64,000 nt of DNA from Eledone cirrhosa (Eukaryota). The DNA is taken from positions 308,760,001 to 308,824,000 of the forward strand of contig OZ024743.1 in assembly GCA_964016885.1 (NCBI GenBank), written 5' to 3'. The translations under genes and the position numbers were made by a program. Shown here piece after piece: positions 38,682 to 51,510 of the stretch (position 1 is the stretch's first letter; every line of letters starts with the position of its first letter). The notes beneath the pieces were generated by a model. It was not told the origin of the DNA and made no database searches. It saw only the letters and a program-made list of their open reading frames with translations.

Positions 38682-39021
38682 AGGCACATGGCTTAGTGGT
38701 TAGAGCATTGGCCTTGCAATCGAAAGGTTGTGAGTTCAATTCTCAGACCGGGTGATGTGTTGTTTCCTTGTGCAAGACACTTTATTTCACATTGCTCCAA
38801 TTTACTCAGCTGTAGAAATGAGATGATAGGGACTGGGGTCCATATCATTCCACTGCAAAGGGGTTGTGGAGGTGCCATGGCAAAAAAGCACCCAGCACTC
38901 ACTGTAAATGAGGTTGGTGTTAGGAAGGGCATCCAGCTGTAGAAATCAAGCCAAAATCAGTTCCCGTTCCACCCTTGCAAGCAGGGAAAAAGCGGACGTA
39001 AAATGAAATGATGATGATGAT
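38680..39021 (+). mobile_element. tRNA-headed CORE-like SINE with RTE-derived 3' end (family A)
   Basis: A box tggcttagtgg, B box gagttcaattc, CORE-like ccttgtgcaagacactttatttcac, aggaagggcatccagc motif, tail cccttgcaagcagggaaaaagcggacgta..(GAT)n. Confidence 0.88.
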
Positions 39022-39656
39022 ATATATATATACATTTGAAGGCATTAGAATTGTCTTTTGTGTGAGAGTGGGCAGAAGAGAGAGAGAAAGGCTATTTCCT
39101 AGCTTTATTTTTTTTTGCAAGACTTTAGATAATTAATGTTCCATGTTTTCACTCTCTTTGTTTTGTTTTGTTTTTTTAATTCATATCTAGTTGTTCTGTG
39201 GCAAAAGTTTGCTCTAATAAGGATTAAAATAAAATAAATGCTCCTAAATCTTTAATCTGAGTGTTTTCACTTGAGTGAAACAGTGTAATTGAATTTATTT
39301 TCATGACATCCCTGCATTGCTTGATTCATGCTATTGATTAGTAAATATTTTAACAACATAAATTACAAAATACAAATATAACAAATATTTTCTTTACACT
39401 ATCTGAACGCTCCTTCCATTTGGGAAAAGAAAAAAACATTATTTATATGCCTTTTTTTCTTTTTATAATTTCTGTTAATAGTGTTGACAAATCATTCGGT
39501 GACGATGTAATTAATGGTTATTAGGATTCTAATAATTTATATAAATAATTAACAAAATAGAGAGAACATGTATTCAACTTAACATTTAAACATGTATCTA
39601 AATTAATTCATGAGGAGGATGACCATCATCATCTCTCTCTCTCTCTCTCTCTCTAT

Positions 39657-41923
39657 AAAGACCTTTCACTAAAATACAAATTTAGGAAAGCCCATCAAGA
39701 TGTGTATGTTTAAAAAGAAGACGATTTAGAGTCGTATGAGAGAGATGATAACTGGAATTTCTTACGTGACAACTTACTGCAGGCTACTGATGAAACTTGT
39801 GGCTGGAGCAGAACTCCAACCAGACGGAGCATGGCCTGGTGGTGGAACAGCATGGTAGATAGGGCCATTAGAGACAAAAGACTAGCATGGAAGGCTTGGA
39901 AAAAGGGTGGGAGTAGAGAAGGATATACAGCCACTAAGAGAGAAGCTAGACATCAGGTGTACTTAGCATGCAGGGAGGCTGAGAGTAGGAGGTTTGCCAA
40001 TGTTCTGCGATGGAAAGATCAGAAACGTGTGGTGTTCCACATTGCAAGGCAGTGTGTCAATGCAAATCAGGATGTTGTTAGAGATAAATGTGTCCGGAAT
40101 GATGCCGGTGTACTTAGTGTCACAAATGATCAGAAAAAGGAGGCCTGGAAATGTCATTATGAAAGACTGATGAATGTGGAGAACGAATGGGAGAGAGAGA
40201 AATTACCCTCAGTAGATCCGACAGAGGGACCAGCTATTGAGATTGACGAATATAGGGTCCAAGAGGCAATTAAGGAAATGAAAAATGGTAAGGCCGCTGG
40301 ACCGTCGGGGATAGTTGCTGAGATGCTGAAGGCATCAGGGGACGTAGGCACTAAACTGGTTGCACGCTTCATCAATCAGGCTATATATGGCGGTGTCATA
40401 CCCAAAGACTGGTGCAGCAGTATTCTCATAAATTGCTACAAAGGTAAAGGGGATGCTCTAGAGAGGAGCAATTATAGGGGTATAAAACTGATGGATCAGG
40501 TTATGAAAGTGGCAGAAAGGATATTAGCACAACTAATTAGAGAAAGGGTCAAACTAGATGAGATGCAGTTTGGTTTTTTGCCTGGGTAAAGTACAACAGA
40601 TGCCATCATCTTGGTGAGACGATTATAGGAGAGGTTCTTAGAGAAGAATAAGCCACAATACTTAGCTTTTGTTGACCTATAGAAGGCCTTTGATAGGATA
40701 CCCCGATCTGTCATCTGGTGCTCCCTAAGGAAACTAGGTGTTGAGGAATGGCTTGTGAGGACAGTGCAAACTTTGTACAGAGGTGCTGTCAGTAAAGTCA
40801 GGGTAGGAATGGAGTTTAGTGAGGAAATCCAGATACAAGTAGGAGTACATCAGGGTTCGGTCCTCAGCCCGCTCTTGTTCATTATAGTCCTCCAAGCCAT
40901 AACATAGGAGTTTAAGACTGGCTGTCCATGGGAACTTCTCTATGCTGATGATCTGGTTCTTATAGCAGAATCAGTAGAGGAGCTAGAGAATAAATTCTGG
41001 CTATGGAAACAGCAGTTGGAATCAAGAGGACTGAGAGTGAACCTAGCTAAGACAAAAGTGTTGATGAGTAGAAAAGAGGACAAAACTCTGATACCGTTAT
41101 GGAAATGGCCATGTTCGATATGCAGAAAAGGAACTGGCATAAATTCTATAAAATGCACACAATGCAGATCTTGGGTACACAAGAGATGTAGTGGGATAGC
41201 AGGCAAACTAACAGGTAGGGAGAAATACGTATGCAGTAGATGTACAGGGAAATTAGACAGTAGAAGTTACATTGATAGACACATTTTTCAAATGCAGGCA
41301 GGTGCTATAGAAGTGGTTGATAGCTTCTAGTAGCTAGGAGATCAGATTAGCATGAGGGGGGGGGGGGTGTTCTGAGGCCATAGTATCTAGGATAAGGACG
41401 GGTTGGAAGACGTTTAGGGAGCTTCTTCCTCTGCCGATGAAGAAGGGTTTCTCCCTGCGTACAAAAGGCCAGTTATATGATGCCTGTGTGAGGTGCGCGA
41501 TGCTGTATGGTAGTGAGACTAGGGCAGCAACTGCAGAGGATATTCGACGGCTGGAGAGAAATGAGGCAAGCATGCTCCGTTGGATGTGCAATGTCAATGT
41601 GCGTGAACGGCCCAGCATGGATGTGTTGAGAGAGAAACTGTGTCTGAGAGAAATAGAATGTAGTGTGCGAGAGAGGAGACTGCGGTGGTATGGACATGTG
41701 ATGCGCATGGAGGATAACCGATGGGTGAAGAAGCGCCAGGAAATGCCATTTGAAGGTAGAACATGAAAAACATGGGCGGAGGTGGTAAGAACAGACCTCA
41801 GATTGCTGAAGCTCACGATGGAGATGACGAAGGACCGTGACAAGTGGAGAGATGCTGTGCTGAATAAGATCTGCTCCACCCTTGCAAGCAGGGAAAAGCG
41901 GACGTATGATGATGATGATGATG
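39657..41923 (+). pseudogene. Older 5'-truncated RTE subfamily copy with stops and frameshifts
   Basis: Fragmented ORFs 39831-40589, 41016-41330 and 41437-41766 are homologous to the RTE RT; ends ccacccttgcaagcagggaaaagcggacgta(TGA)n. Confidence 0.9.
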
Positions 41924-43783
41924 GTGTGCGTCAAGGAAAACCGTGATATTGTCGGGGAGAAGTGTGTACTTAACGATGATGGCATACTTGCCATCACCGA
42001 CACTGATAAGAAGGTAGCTTGGAAGTGTCACTATGAAAGGCTACTAAATGAGGAGAATAAATGGGAGAAAGACAGTCTCCCCCATATCGACCCGATAGAG
42101 GGACCAGCAGTGTTAGTCGAGGGGAGTATAATAAGTAAGGCAATCAAGGATATGAAGACTGGTAAGGCGGCTGGGCCTTCGGAAATAGTTGCTGAGATGC
42201 TGAAGGCATCTGGCACGGTGGGACACACCATGGTCACCCGCATAGTTAACCAAGTCGTACAGAATGGGGTTGTTCCGAAGGACTGGCATAGCAGCATCAT
42301 CGTTAACTGTTATAAGGGTAAAGGAGACGCCCTAGATAGGAGTAACTATAGAGGCATTAAATTAATCGACCAGGTCATGAAGGTCACGGAAAAAGTAATA
42401 GCGCAACTAATCAGAGAGAGAATTGATCTAGATGAAATGCAGTTCGGGTTTGTGTCAGGCAAAAGCACCACAGACGCTCTTTTCATAGTACGACAACTAC
42501 AGGAGAAGTACCTAGCTAAAGGTAAACCCCTCTACTTAGCTTTTGTCGACCTGGAGAAAGCCTTCGACAGAGTCCCCCGCTCCATTATCTGGTGGGCTCT
42601 TAGAAAACTAGGCGTTGACGAATGGCTTGTGAGGGCTATACAAGCCATGTATAAAGAAACAGTCAGCAAGGTTAGAATTAACAACGAATATAGTGAAGAG
42701 TTTAGCGTAAAAGTTGGCGTCCATCAGGGCTCCGTTCTCAGCCCCCTACTATTTATTATTGCCCTTCAGGCTATAACAGAGGAGTTCAAGACAGGCTGCC
42801 CATGGGAACTCCTATACGCAGACGACCTGACACTCATAGCGGAATCAATGGCCGAGCTAGAGAAGAAATTCCAAACATGGAAGCACGGCCTAGAGTCAAA
42901 AGGACTTAAAATTAACCTGGCTAAGACCAAAGTTCTAGTTTGTAGGAAAGAAAACAAGGCGGCGGTCCCTTCTGGGAAATGGTCGTGCTCGGTATGTAGG
43001 AAAGGCGTAGGTAGAAACTCCATCTTATGTCCTAAATGCAAAGTATGGGTGCATAAAAGATGTAGTGGGATTACAGGTAAGCTAACTAAGAACATAGACT
43101 TTACATGTGGCCGGTGTTCTGGTGCAATAAGTAGCAGCAAGTGCCCACAAAATACTAGCTCTTTCAATTGCGCAGAGGGTTCTATAGAAATAGTGGACAG
43201 CTTCCGTTACCTGGGCGATAAAATCAGCAGTGGGGGAGGGTGCTCTGAAAGTACAGTAGCTAGAGTCAGAACGGGTTGGAAAAAGTTCAGAGAGCTTATA
43301 CCACTATTAGCTGCTAAAGGGTTCTCACTAAAAATGAAAGGCAGGTTGTACGATGCCTGCATACGAACAGCAATGCTGCATGGCAGTGAGACCTGGGCAT
43401 TGTGTGCAGAGGATATACGCAGACTAGAGAGGAACGAAGCTTGCATGCTCCGCTGGATGTGTAACAGTAATATACGTGAACGGCAAAGCATAAACGAACT
43501 AAGGAAAAAATTAGAGATAAGAGGGATCAGATGTTGTTTACTCGAGAGAAGGCTGCGTTGGTATGGACACGTGATGCGCATGAAAGTCGATAGCTGTATT
43601 ACAAAGTGCAGGGCAATAAAGATAGACGGTAGCCACGGAATAGGCAGACCTAGAAAAACATGGGATGAGCTGATAAACTCCGACCTCACACACTTACACC
43701 TCTCCAAGACAATGTCACTGGACCGTGACCTTTGGCGGTACTCAGTAACAGAGAAGACCCGCCTTGCCAGTAGGCATCTCTAA
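41906..43783 (+). CDS. Endonuclease-less RTE reverse transcriptase ORF (~625 aa) starting in an (ATG)6 tract
   Basis: Six tandem ATGs at 41906-41923 are in frame with the complete RT (YADD, PHD-like finger). Expression is unknown. Confidence 0.55.
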   Translation: MMMMMMVCVKENRDIVGEKCVLNDDGILAITDTDKKVAWKCHYERLLNEENKWEKDSLPHIDPIEGPAVLVEGSIISKAIKDMKTGKAAGPSEIVAEMLKASGTVGHTMVTRIVNQVVQNGVVPKDWHSSIIVNCYKGKGDALDRSNYRGIKLIDQVMKVTEKVIAQLIRERIDLDEMQFGFVSGKSTTDALFIVRQLQEKYLAKGKPLYLAFVDLEKAFDRVPRSIIWWALRKLGVDEWLVRAIQAMYKETVSKVRINNEYSEEFSVKVGVHQGSVLSPLLFIIALQAITEEFKTGCPWELLYADDLTLIAESMAELEKKFQTWKHGLESKGLKINLAKTKVLVCRKENKAAVPSGKWSCSVCRKGVGRNSILCPKCKVWVHKRCSGITGKLTKNIDFTCGRCSGAISSSKCPQNTSSFNCAEGSIEIVDSFRYLGDKISSGGGCSESTVARVRTGWKKFRELIPLLAAKGFSLKMKGRLYDACIRTAMLHGSETWALCAEDIRRLERNEACMLRWMCNSNIRERQSINELRKKLEIRGIRCCLLERRLRWYGHVMRMKVDSCITKCRAIKIDGSHGIGRPRKTWDELINSDLTHLHLSKTMSLDRDLWRYSVTEKTRLASRHL

Positions 43784-44143
43784 CAAACTACACCCCGTCC
43801 CGCCACCACCCCCACCCCATCCACACCACCCCGTTCTATGTAAAGTTATGTTGGTGCCGCGCCATCCAGGCCGAAACAAATGAGATCGTGTAGGTGTCAC
43901 GACAAAAAAACACACAGTCCACGCTGTAATGTGGCCGTGTAGGCAACACGGTAAAAACCTCCCAGACCCACACTGTAAATGTGGTTGGTGTTAGGAAGGG
44001 CATCCAACTGTAGAAAACCTGCCAGACAGTCCTATGCGAGCAAGGCAAATCACTCTTGCCTCAAGTGGGACTACCCCCGTCCAAACCCATGCAAGCGTGG
44101 AACACGGACGTTAAACGTTGATGATGATGATGATGATGATGAT
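41927..44143 (+). mobile_element. 5'-truncated young RTE copy inserted at the (GAT)n tail of the older RTE
   Basis: Near-identical to ~27318-29561; ~28-bp deletion across the stop codon; (GAT)n on both sides. Confidence 0.93.
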
Positions 44144-44327
44144 ATTTATTGTAGGCATATAGATTAATACATGCTTTTTCTCAAACATTTACTATATTTT
44201 ATCTATCTGTTAATGAGTGAGTATGTGTCTCCAATTTAAGGATATAATTATGTATAGAATCTAGTGAGTGATTTCTTGTGAAAGATATTGTAGTTCATTC
44301 TTTGTTTAGTCCCTCCCACTCAGTAAT

Positions 44328-44507
44328 TGTTTCTACTTTTGGCACAAGGCCAGCAAATTACCCAGTGCATTACTGGTACTTTATTTTATCGACCCCGTAA
44401 GGATGAAAGGCAAAGTCAACCTCGGCGGGATTTGAACTCAGATCGTAAAGGGACGTAACTATGCTGGAAAGCATGGCGTCCGACCCTCTACCGATACTGC
44501 CAATCCA
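44328..44507 (-). mobile_element. Family B SINE with a clear TSD
   Basis: Direct repeat ccctcccactcagtaat at 44311-44327 and 44508-44524. Confidence 0.88.
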
Positions 44508-44756
44508 CCCTCCCACTCAGTAATGAGTGTTTATGTCTGTAGAACAAAATATTTTTCTCTGTTGAATAACAAACGTTAAGAATTCTGGACCAGGATATAT
44601 AAAGGAAAAATTGCTTTTGAATGTGAAGCATCATAAAATATTTGAATACAAATATTTAGATTAGCAAATATTGGTATGAATGTGGTTTTAAGTTTTGCTC
44701 TCTTGGGATTTAATGGAGGTGAGGATATACATATGCCAGAAGAGATTAGTAATTTT

Positions 44757-45452
44757 TGTGTTGTTTATGTATGTGACATAAAATGTCAGTGTGAATGTGT
44801 TTTGTTTATGTATGTGACATAAAATGTCTGTGAATGTGTGTTGTTTATGTATGTGACATAAAATGACTGAATGTGTATTGTTTATGTATGTGACATAAAA
44901 TGTCAATGTGAAAGTGTGTTGTGTATGTATGTGACATGATATGTCAGTGTGAATGTGTGTTGTTTATGTATATAACAGCCAATTGACAAGATCCCAGACC
45001 TCATTTGCTTAACAAGTGGAGTGGAGCTCGTCAAATCGGACTGAAGAAACAATGTTTCCACTGGACTTTCCAATTGCTAATACTATCTACTGGTCACAAA
45101 TCCAAGCAGAGGGAGCAGTGTGAAATAAAGTGTTTTGCTCAAGGACATAGCATATCGCCTGGTCCGGGAATTGAACTCATAACCTCACGATTGCAAATCC
45201 AATTCTCTAACCCCTCAGCCTCGCGCCTTCACTTAATTTATGTATGTGACATGAAATGTCAGTGTGGATATGTGTTGTTTATGAATGTGACATGAAATGT
45301 CAGTATGAATGTGTGTTGTGTATGTATGTGACTTAAAATGTCTGTGAATGTGTGTCATTTATGTATGTGACATAAAATGTCTGTGTATATGTCTGTGTAT
45401 GTATGTGACATGAAATGCCTGTGTGAATGTATGTTGTTTATGTGTGACATAA
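44757..45452. repeat. ~38-bp minisatellite split by a SINE
   Basis: tgtttatgtatgtgacataaaatgtc unit repeated on both sides of 44975-45232. Confidence 0.85.
44975..45232 (-). mobile_element. CORE-like SINE family C inserted in a minisatellite
   Basis: tRNA head plus gaaataaagtgttttgctcaaggac; 3' part shared with 12700-12930 (-) and 1775-1868 (+). Confidence 0.72.
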
Positions 45453-45670
45453 AAACATTGAGTAACCAGTTATGTTTCACATAACATCCAAGAAAAACTG
45501 ACTTTAATATTCATTGAAAATCTGTTTTACTAGTATATTTTATTATAACTATGAAACTACATGAGTGACTCAAGAGGTTGGAGTTTTGTGCCTGAATACA
45601 CTTCTTTAAACTGGCAGTGAGTTGACACCCCTTGTAAATATGATCTTAAACTTTAACTCCCTTTACCAGT

Positions 45671-45895
45671 TTAACCCTTTATCATTTGCATTCCTCTATA
45701 TTTACTATTGTATTTTCACAGTAAAGGCTTTACCTCACATAATTATCTCATAACATTGAATCTGATATTTTGGTACTATTTATTTTGTGAACAATACCTT
45801 TACATCAGTATGAGTGGCCAGTTATGGCCAGTTTGAAATGAAGGTGGTGAGAGAATTCTAGCCAGATATGGCCGGGTTAAATGCTAAAGGGTTAA
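45671..45895 (+). mobile_element. TTAA-flanked piggyBac-type MITE
   Basis: ttaa|ccctttatcattt...aaatgctaaaggg|ttaa. Confidence 0.78.
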
Positions 45896-47259
45896 GTGCT
45901 CTTAACGCAACTGATATAATTTCATATTTATAATAAAATATCTATCATTCTACTTAGGTATTGAATTTGTCTCTTCTGTGTTTGCAAGATAGACATATCT
46001 ATCTCTTGTATTAGTAATGCTAGAGAAATAGAGAAAGAATTAGTTCTACTACTTGGCTGGTACTTTATTTATTGACCTTTAAAGGATGTAAGGGTATGTT
46101 TACATTGTATACAAAGCATATTGAGCCAGAACAAATCCTACAAAATATTCTGATTGATCTCATCAATCAATTATTAGATATCTCATAATGTTTCATATTA
46201 ACTGTACTTATACTGTCATGCGTTCTAATGTTTCTGACAGTTTTTAAAGAAGCAAACTTTATAGTTTGTGATTGTTGTAAGTTTTGGTGACATCAAGCTG
46301 TGCAAACAAATCTCAGTCATAATTTAGAATCTAGAATCTTCCAAATTAGTTTTACCCAGACCAATTAGTATAAGGTCCCCTGTCAGGTAAACCCAATAAT
46401 TACTTTTAAGTGCTTTACACAAAATATTTATTCTATGTGATGCTTCATAAATTGGCAACATTTGACATTAGTGTTAACCACCTAGTCACTGTTTCATATA
46501 TATCATCAAACATCTGTATTCCCTGCTAGCCAGAATTTAATGGGTATTCACAAACCAAGTCAGTACTCAAGTGGATCAACTGATATCTCAGGTGGCCTAG
46601 GGTCCTACATCTCACATACATTCACATGCTCTACTGAGTGTATTTCATTGTGGTATCACCACCAAAGAGGTTGTCATGTCTTGGATACAGTAGAACAGTT
46701 CTTGTGACCTTTTGTTTGGCCTGTTTTTTTATGGCTCAATGCCCTTCCTATCACCAAGCACTTTACAGTATGTTGATCAGCAACACTAAAGAGGTTGTTG
46801 TGCCATTTACACAACTGGAGAGTCCTCTCAGTGGTTTCTACAGTAGGATGCCCTTTCTATCACCAGCCACCTTACAGGGTGTACTATGAGCATTTTCTTG
46901 GCACCAGTACTTGGGATGGTGTCAATCATTACCTCAAAAGTAAATTCCCTTCTAGCCTACAGCAAGTAGAGGATGCTGGTCAGAGGAATAGTATGTTGTC
47001 TTCATGTATGACAAGTACGATGGGATTTGACAAAGTGATGAATTTGATGAGAGTGACCTCTGGTAGCATTTGAATGGTACTTTGTTGTTAGTAGCTGCTA
47101 GGGTATTATGACTGGTCAGCATTTTAAGAGGAGTTGTAGTGATGGTGAGAAATAGCAACTAAGGAGGATGGATGAGGTGATTGTATATAGTGATGGCTAG
47201 AATAAGGGGGAGATGCATGGATGGGTCAGGTCACATGCTGGTAGGCAGGTCTTCTCCAG

Positions 47260-47990
47260 TATAATATGTTGCCAGGCCTTGCACTCATTCACCATCTCTT
47301 GTGAGGTTCAACTTCTTTAGGTTGGTTTTCATGTCTTTCTATGTCTTCCTCGAATCCCAACCAATGAGATTTCTCTGTGCTTCTTTAAACATTTGTCATC
47401 TTCTATGGCTATCACTCATTCAGAGCTTTGTCCCCCATCTCCACTGCTGATTATGTTTCTGAGCTAAGAAAAGTTGTTCACCACAACTAGGGACTCTATT
47501 TCATGTGTGCTCTTAGTGCTTATTTATCTGGTGCATCAGCTGCCTACAAAGTCTATTTTCTATACTAATTTGTTTGTAATCCTATGACATAACCTGTGTG
47601 CCATTAAGTTACACTGTGTGCACCTTATGGAATTTCTGTCCTTCCCTTTTTGACATATTGAGCAATGCTATTTCCCTGATGGTATCAGCTTCCTGTCCTC
47701 CTTTATACTTATTAGGACTTTTGTTTTTACTTGTGACTCTAGGTTTTTACTTCCATGCTTGGAATTTTGTCTCTGACATGCCACAGATTCAGCTATAAGT
47801 ACTCGATGATCAGCATACAGGAGTATGTCCTTAATTGCCTTGTCTATCACAATACTGTCAACATTTATAGCTGGATCTTCAGTAGGGTTTATATCGTGAT
47901 ATAGGCCCTCTCTGGCTCATTTATTGTGTTCATTCAACAATTTCATGCAGTAGCTCTTGTTTGTTTTCAGCATCAAACAGAGCAAGAGCT
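47260..47990 (-). pseudogene. Highly degraded RTE fragment
   Basis: Minus-strand remnants IDKAIKD, LLYADH.VLIAES, KTKVLIS..EDRKLIPSGK. Confidence 0.7.
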
Positions 47991-48992
47991 CAGCTACCAT
48001 TTTGGACCCACATTTCCCCAGCCACGTTCTAATTCTCACAATCTGGAACATGCTCACATACATATTAAACAAATTCCAACTAAGCTGGATTTACACATAT
48101 TATTTCCTATTTCCATTAGTACTTTTGTATCTTTTACACACCTGTACACTCTTCAGGTGAATATTAATAATTATTCTGACACTTCAATTCTATAAAAATC
48201 AAATCAAAAAGAAAACAAAGTAAAAAAAAACTTTCCTCAAGCTCCAAGCTAGAAATTTATTTTTAATTTTACATTATTATTTAAGCCAACATAGATATAC
48301 ATTTACAATGTAATGATATGCAGAGTTAATAGATTATTAGTTTAGAAAAAAATATGATTGTTAATAATCATCATCATCATCATCATTTTAATATCTGCTT
48401 TCTTTGCTAGCAAAGGTTGGATGGGTCTATATAGACAAAGTCAGTACTGAAGCAACGCCACTGACTTCCCAACCAGGCCTGGGTTGGGTGGGCGGTGGTT
48501 TTGTATTGTGCTTATGTACAGTCTCATGTTTTACTGAGTGCACAGCAGAGGCTGTCATGTTTTTGACACAACTGAAGAGTTCCCCTAACTTCTTATTTGG
48601 CAAGCTTTCTATGGTTGGATGCCCTTCCTATCAGCAACTACTTTACAGCATGTACTGGCTGCAATGTTGTGTAGATCACCATTAGGGATTTTGTTATGCC
48701 TTTGACACAACTGAAGGGTCCTCCCAACCCTTTGGCAAGTTTTCTATAGCTGGATGCCATACCTTTACAGCATGTACTTAGTGCATTTATCGTGTAGATC
48801 ACCAACACTAGAGAGGCTGTCAAGTCCTTAACACAAAGAATAATATACATCTAAATATGAATTACAGGGAATTTAGATTCACTTTGACTCTTGTTAGCAA
48901 AATGTCTCTTTTTCAGAATATAAAGGGGAAAAAAGGAAGGAAAAAGAAAGAAAAAATATTTAAGTTAAGCATATGGAAGTTTTAATTTACTA

Positions 48993-49336
48993 ATTCATTC
49001 ATTCATTTCATTTCATTTTACGTCCGCTTTTCCCCTGCTTGCAAGGGTGGGACGGGAACTGATTCTGGCTTGATTTCTACAGCTGGATGCCCTTCCTAAC
49101 ACCAACCTCATTTACAGTGAGTGCTGGGTGCTTTTTTGCTGTGGCACCGCCATGACCACTTTGCAGTGGAATGATAGGGACCTCAGTCCCTATCATCTTA
49201 TTTCTACAGCTGAGTAAACTGGAGCAATGTGAAATAAAGTGTCTTGCTCAAGGAAACAACGCACCCGGTCTGAGAATTAAACTCACAACCTTTCGATTGC
49301 AAGGCCAATGCTCTAACCACTAAGCCATTTGCCTCC
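48993..49336 (-). mobile_element. Family A SINE
   Basis: Reverse-complement match to 38680-39021. Confidence 0.87.
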
Positions 49337-49796
49337 ATTTTACTTTACTAATTATTTTGTAAAATTACTCATGGAAAGCAAATACTCGTATTCATAACAT
49401 AAGTATTCATAAATTCTATGCTCTGTCATTAAATATGTTAGTCAAGTGAAATACAATGTGCTAGAAAGTAGAAAGATGTAAGATGCTGTGTTAGAAGTTA
49501 TAATTGAATAACCTACACAATATTTCTTAAATAAGATATTAGAAATTAAGAGAGTGTTATAGTTTGAAGCATTTTGGGATATGAAAAGTGATTATGCGTT
49601 GGAAGCAGTTACAATGTAAGCGGGGTTGTAACTGAGGCAACAAAATTGGGTGAAGAAAGAGTGAGATGAGGTTGAACCGCGAAGAGGAAGGAAAACATGA
49701 ATTAGAGATAATGTTACCTTTGAAATATTTATTGGGATTAATATTTCCATGGTAACATCTCTGATTCTTGTTTATCTTCTTCTTCACTCAACCTTA

Positions 49797-50620
49797 CTCA
49801 TTCCTGGCCTCTCTCATTCCCCGCCTCTCTCATTCCCCGCCTCTCTCATTCCCCGCTTCCCTCATTCCTCGCCTCTCTCATTCCTCGTTTCCCTCATTCC
49901 TTGCCTCTCTTATTCCTTGCCTCTCTTATTCCTTGCCTCTCTCATTCCTTGCCTCTCTCATTCCTTGCCTCTCTCATTCCTTGCCTCTCTCATTCCTTGC
50001 CTCTCTCATTCCTCGCCTCTCTCATTCCTCGCCTCTCTCATTCCTTGCCTCTCTCATTCCTTGCCTCTCTCATTCCTTGCCTCTCTCATTCCTTGCCTCT
50101 CTCATTCCTCGCCTCTCTCATTCCCCGCCTCTCTCATTCCCCGCCTCTCTCATTCCTCACTTCCCTCATTCCTCGCCTCTCTCATTCCTCACTTCCCTCA
50201 TTCCTCGCTTCCCTCATTCCCCGCCTCCCTCATTCCCCGCCTCCCTCATTCCCCGCCTCCCTCATTCCCCGCCTCCCTCATTCCCCGCCTCCCTCATTCC
50301 CCGCCTCCCTCATTCCCCGCTTCCCTCATTCCCCGCCTCCCTCATTCCCCGCCTCCCTCATTCTTCGCCTCCCTCATTCCACTCCTCCCCCATTCCCCCA
50401 TTCCCCACCTCCCCCGTCCCCCACCTCCCTCATTCCCCGCCTCCCTCATTCCCCGCCTCCCTTATTCCCTGCCTCCCTCATTCCTCGCCTCCCTCATTCT
50501 CCGCCTTCCCCATTCCCCGCCTCCCTCATTCCCTGCCTCCTCCCCATTCACTGCCTCCCTCATTCCCTGCCTCCCCCCCATTCCTCGCCTCTCTCATTCC
50601 CCGCCTCCCTCATTCCTTGT
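49797..50620. repeat. 16-bp pyrimidine-rich minisatellite (CATTCCCCGCCTCTCT)n
   Basis: About 50 units with blocks of variants. Confidence 0.92.
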
Positions 50621-51008
50621 CTGAATCTATTCCCTTAATATTTACAACCCTACATATATTATCCCAGCTTCCAAGACACAACCACTTTCCGTGTTAGAAA
50701 TTCTATATAATAAGCTATATCATAAACTTTTCTGATGAAATATATCTTGTGTTAAGAAGTATAATTAAATAGTGTTTATCAAATTTATAAAGGAATAGAA
50801 TTAATTTTTATTAGAATTTACAAGTGTATCAGTATTGGTCAACAGCTTTATATATTTGGTGGGGGGGGGGGGTAACCTGAGCCAGGCTTGACCAGACACT
50901 ATATATATATATATATTGGTCAGTACAGTTATTTTACTGAGGTGTGAGGTAATGTCTTGTTTAGCTCTGGAGGTGTCTTGACCAGGCACTATATATATAT
51001 TGGTCATT

Positions 51009-51352
51009 GAGGCACATGGCTTAGTGGTTAGAGCATTGGCCTTGCAATCAAAAGGTTGTGAGTTCAATTCTCAGACCGGGTGATGTGTTGTTTCCTTGAG
51101 CAAGACACTTTATTTCACATCGTTCCAGTTTACTCAGCTGTAGAAATGAGATGATAGGGACTGGGGTCCCTATCATTCCACTGTAAAGTGGTCGTGGAGG
51201 TGCCACGGCAAAAAAGCACCCAGCACTCACTGTAAATGAGGTTGGTGTTGGGAAGGGCATCCAGCTGTAGAAATCAAGCCAGAATCAATTCCCGTCCCAC
51301 CCTTGCAAGCAGGGAAAAGGCGGACGTAAAATGTAATGATGAAAATGATGAT
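51009..51352 (+). mobile_element. Family A SINE
   Basis: Full-length match to 38680-39021. Confidence 0.88.
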
Positions 51353-51359
51353 CAGTGAA

Positions 51360-51510
51360 AATAATAGTGGTTTCTGATTTACGCACAAGGCTAATACTTT
51401 TGGGGGGAGGGGAAAGTTGATTAAATCAACCCCAGTGCATTACTTGCACTTTATTTTATCGACTCTGTTAGGTTGAAAGGCAAAGTTAACCTTGGCAGGA
51501 TTTGAACTCA
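51360..51510 (-). mobile_element. Family B SINE (partial)
   Basis: ctttattttatcgac...aaaggcaaagttaacc...ggatttgaactc. Confidence 0.7.

Noticed and set aside
38680-38750. Possible tRNA genes
   Set aside because: A and B boxes run directly into SINE bodies in multiple copies, so these are SINE heads.
49749-50697. Three overlapping Pro/Ser/Leu-rich ORFs
   Set aside because: Artefact of a stop-free 16-bp minisatellite.
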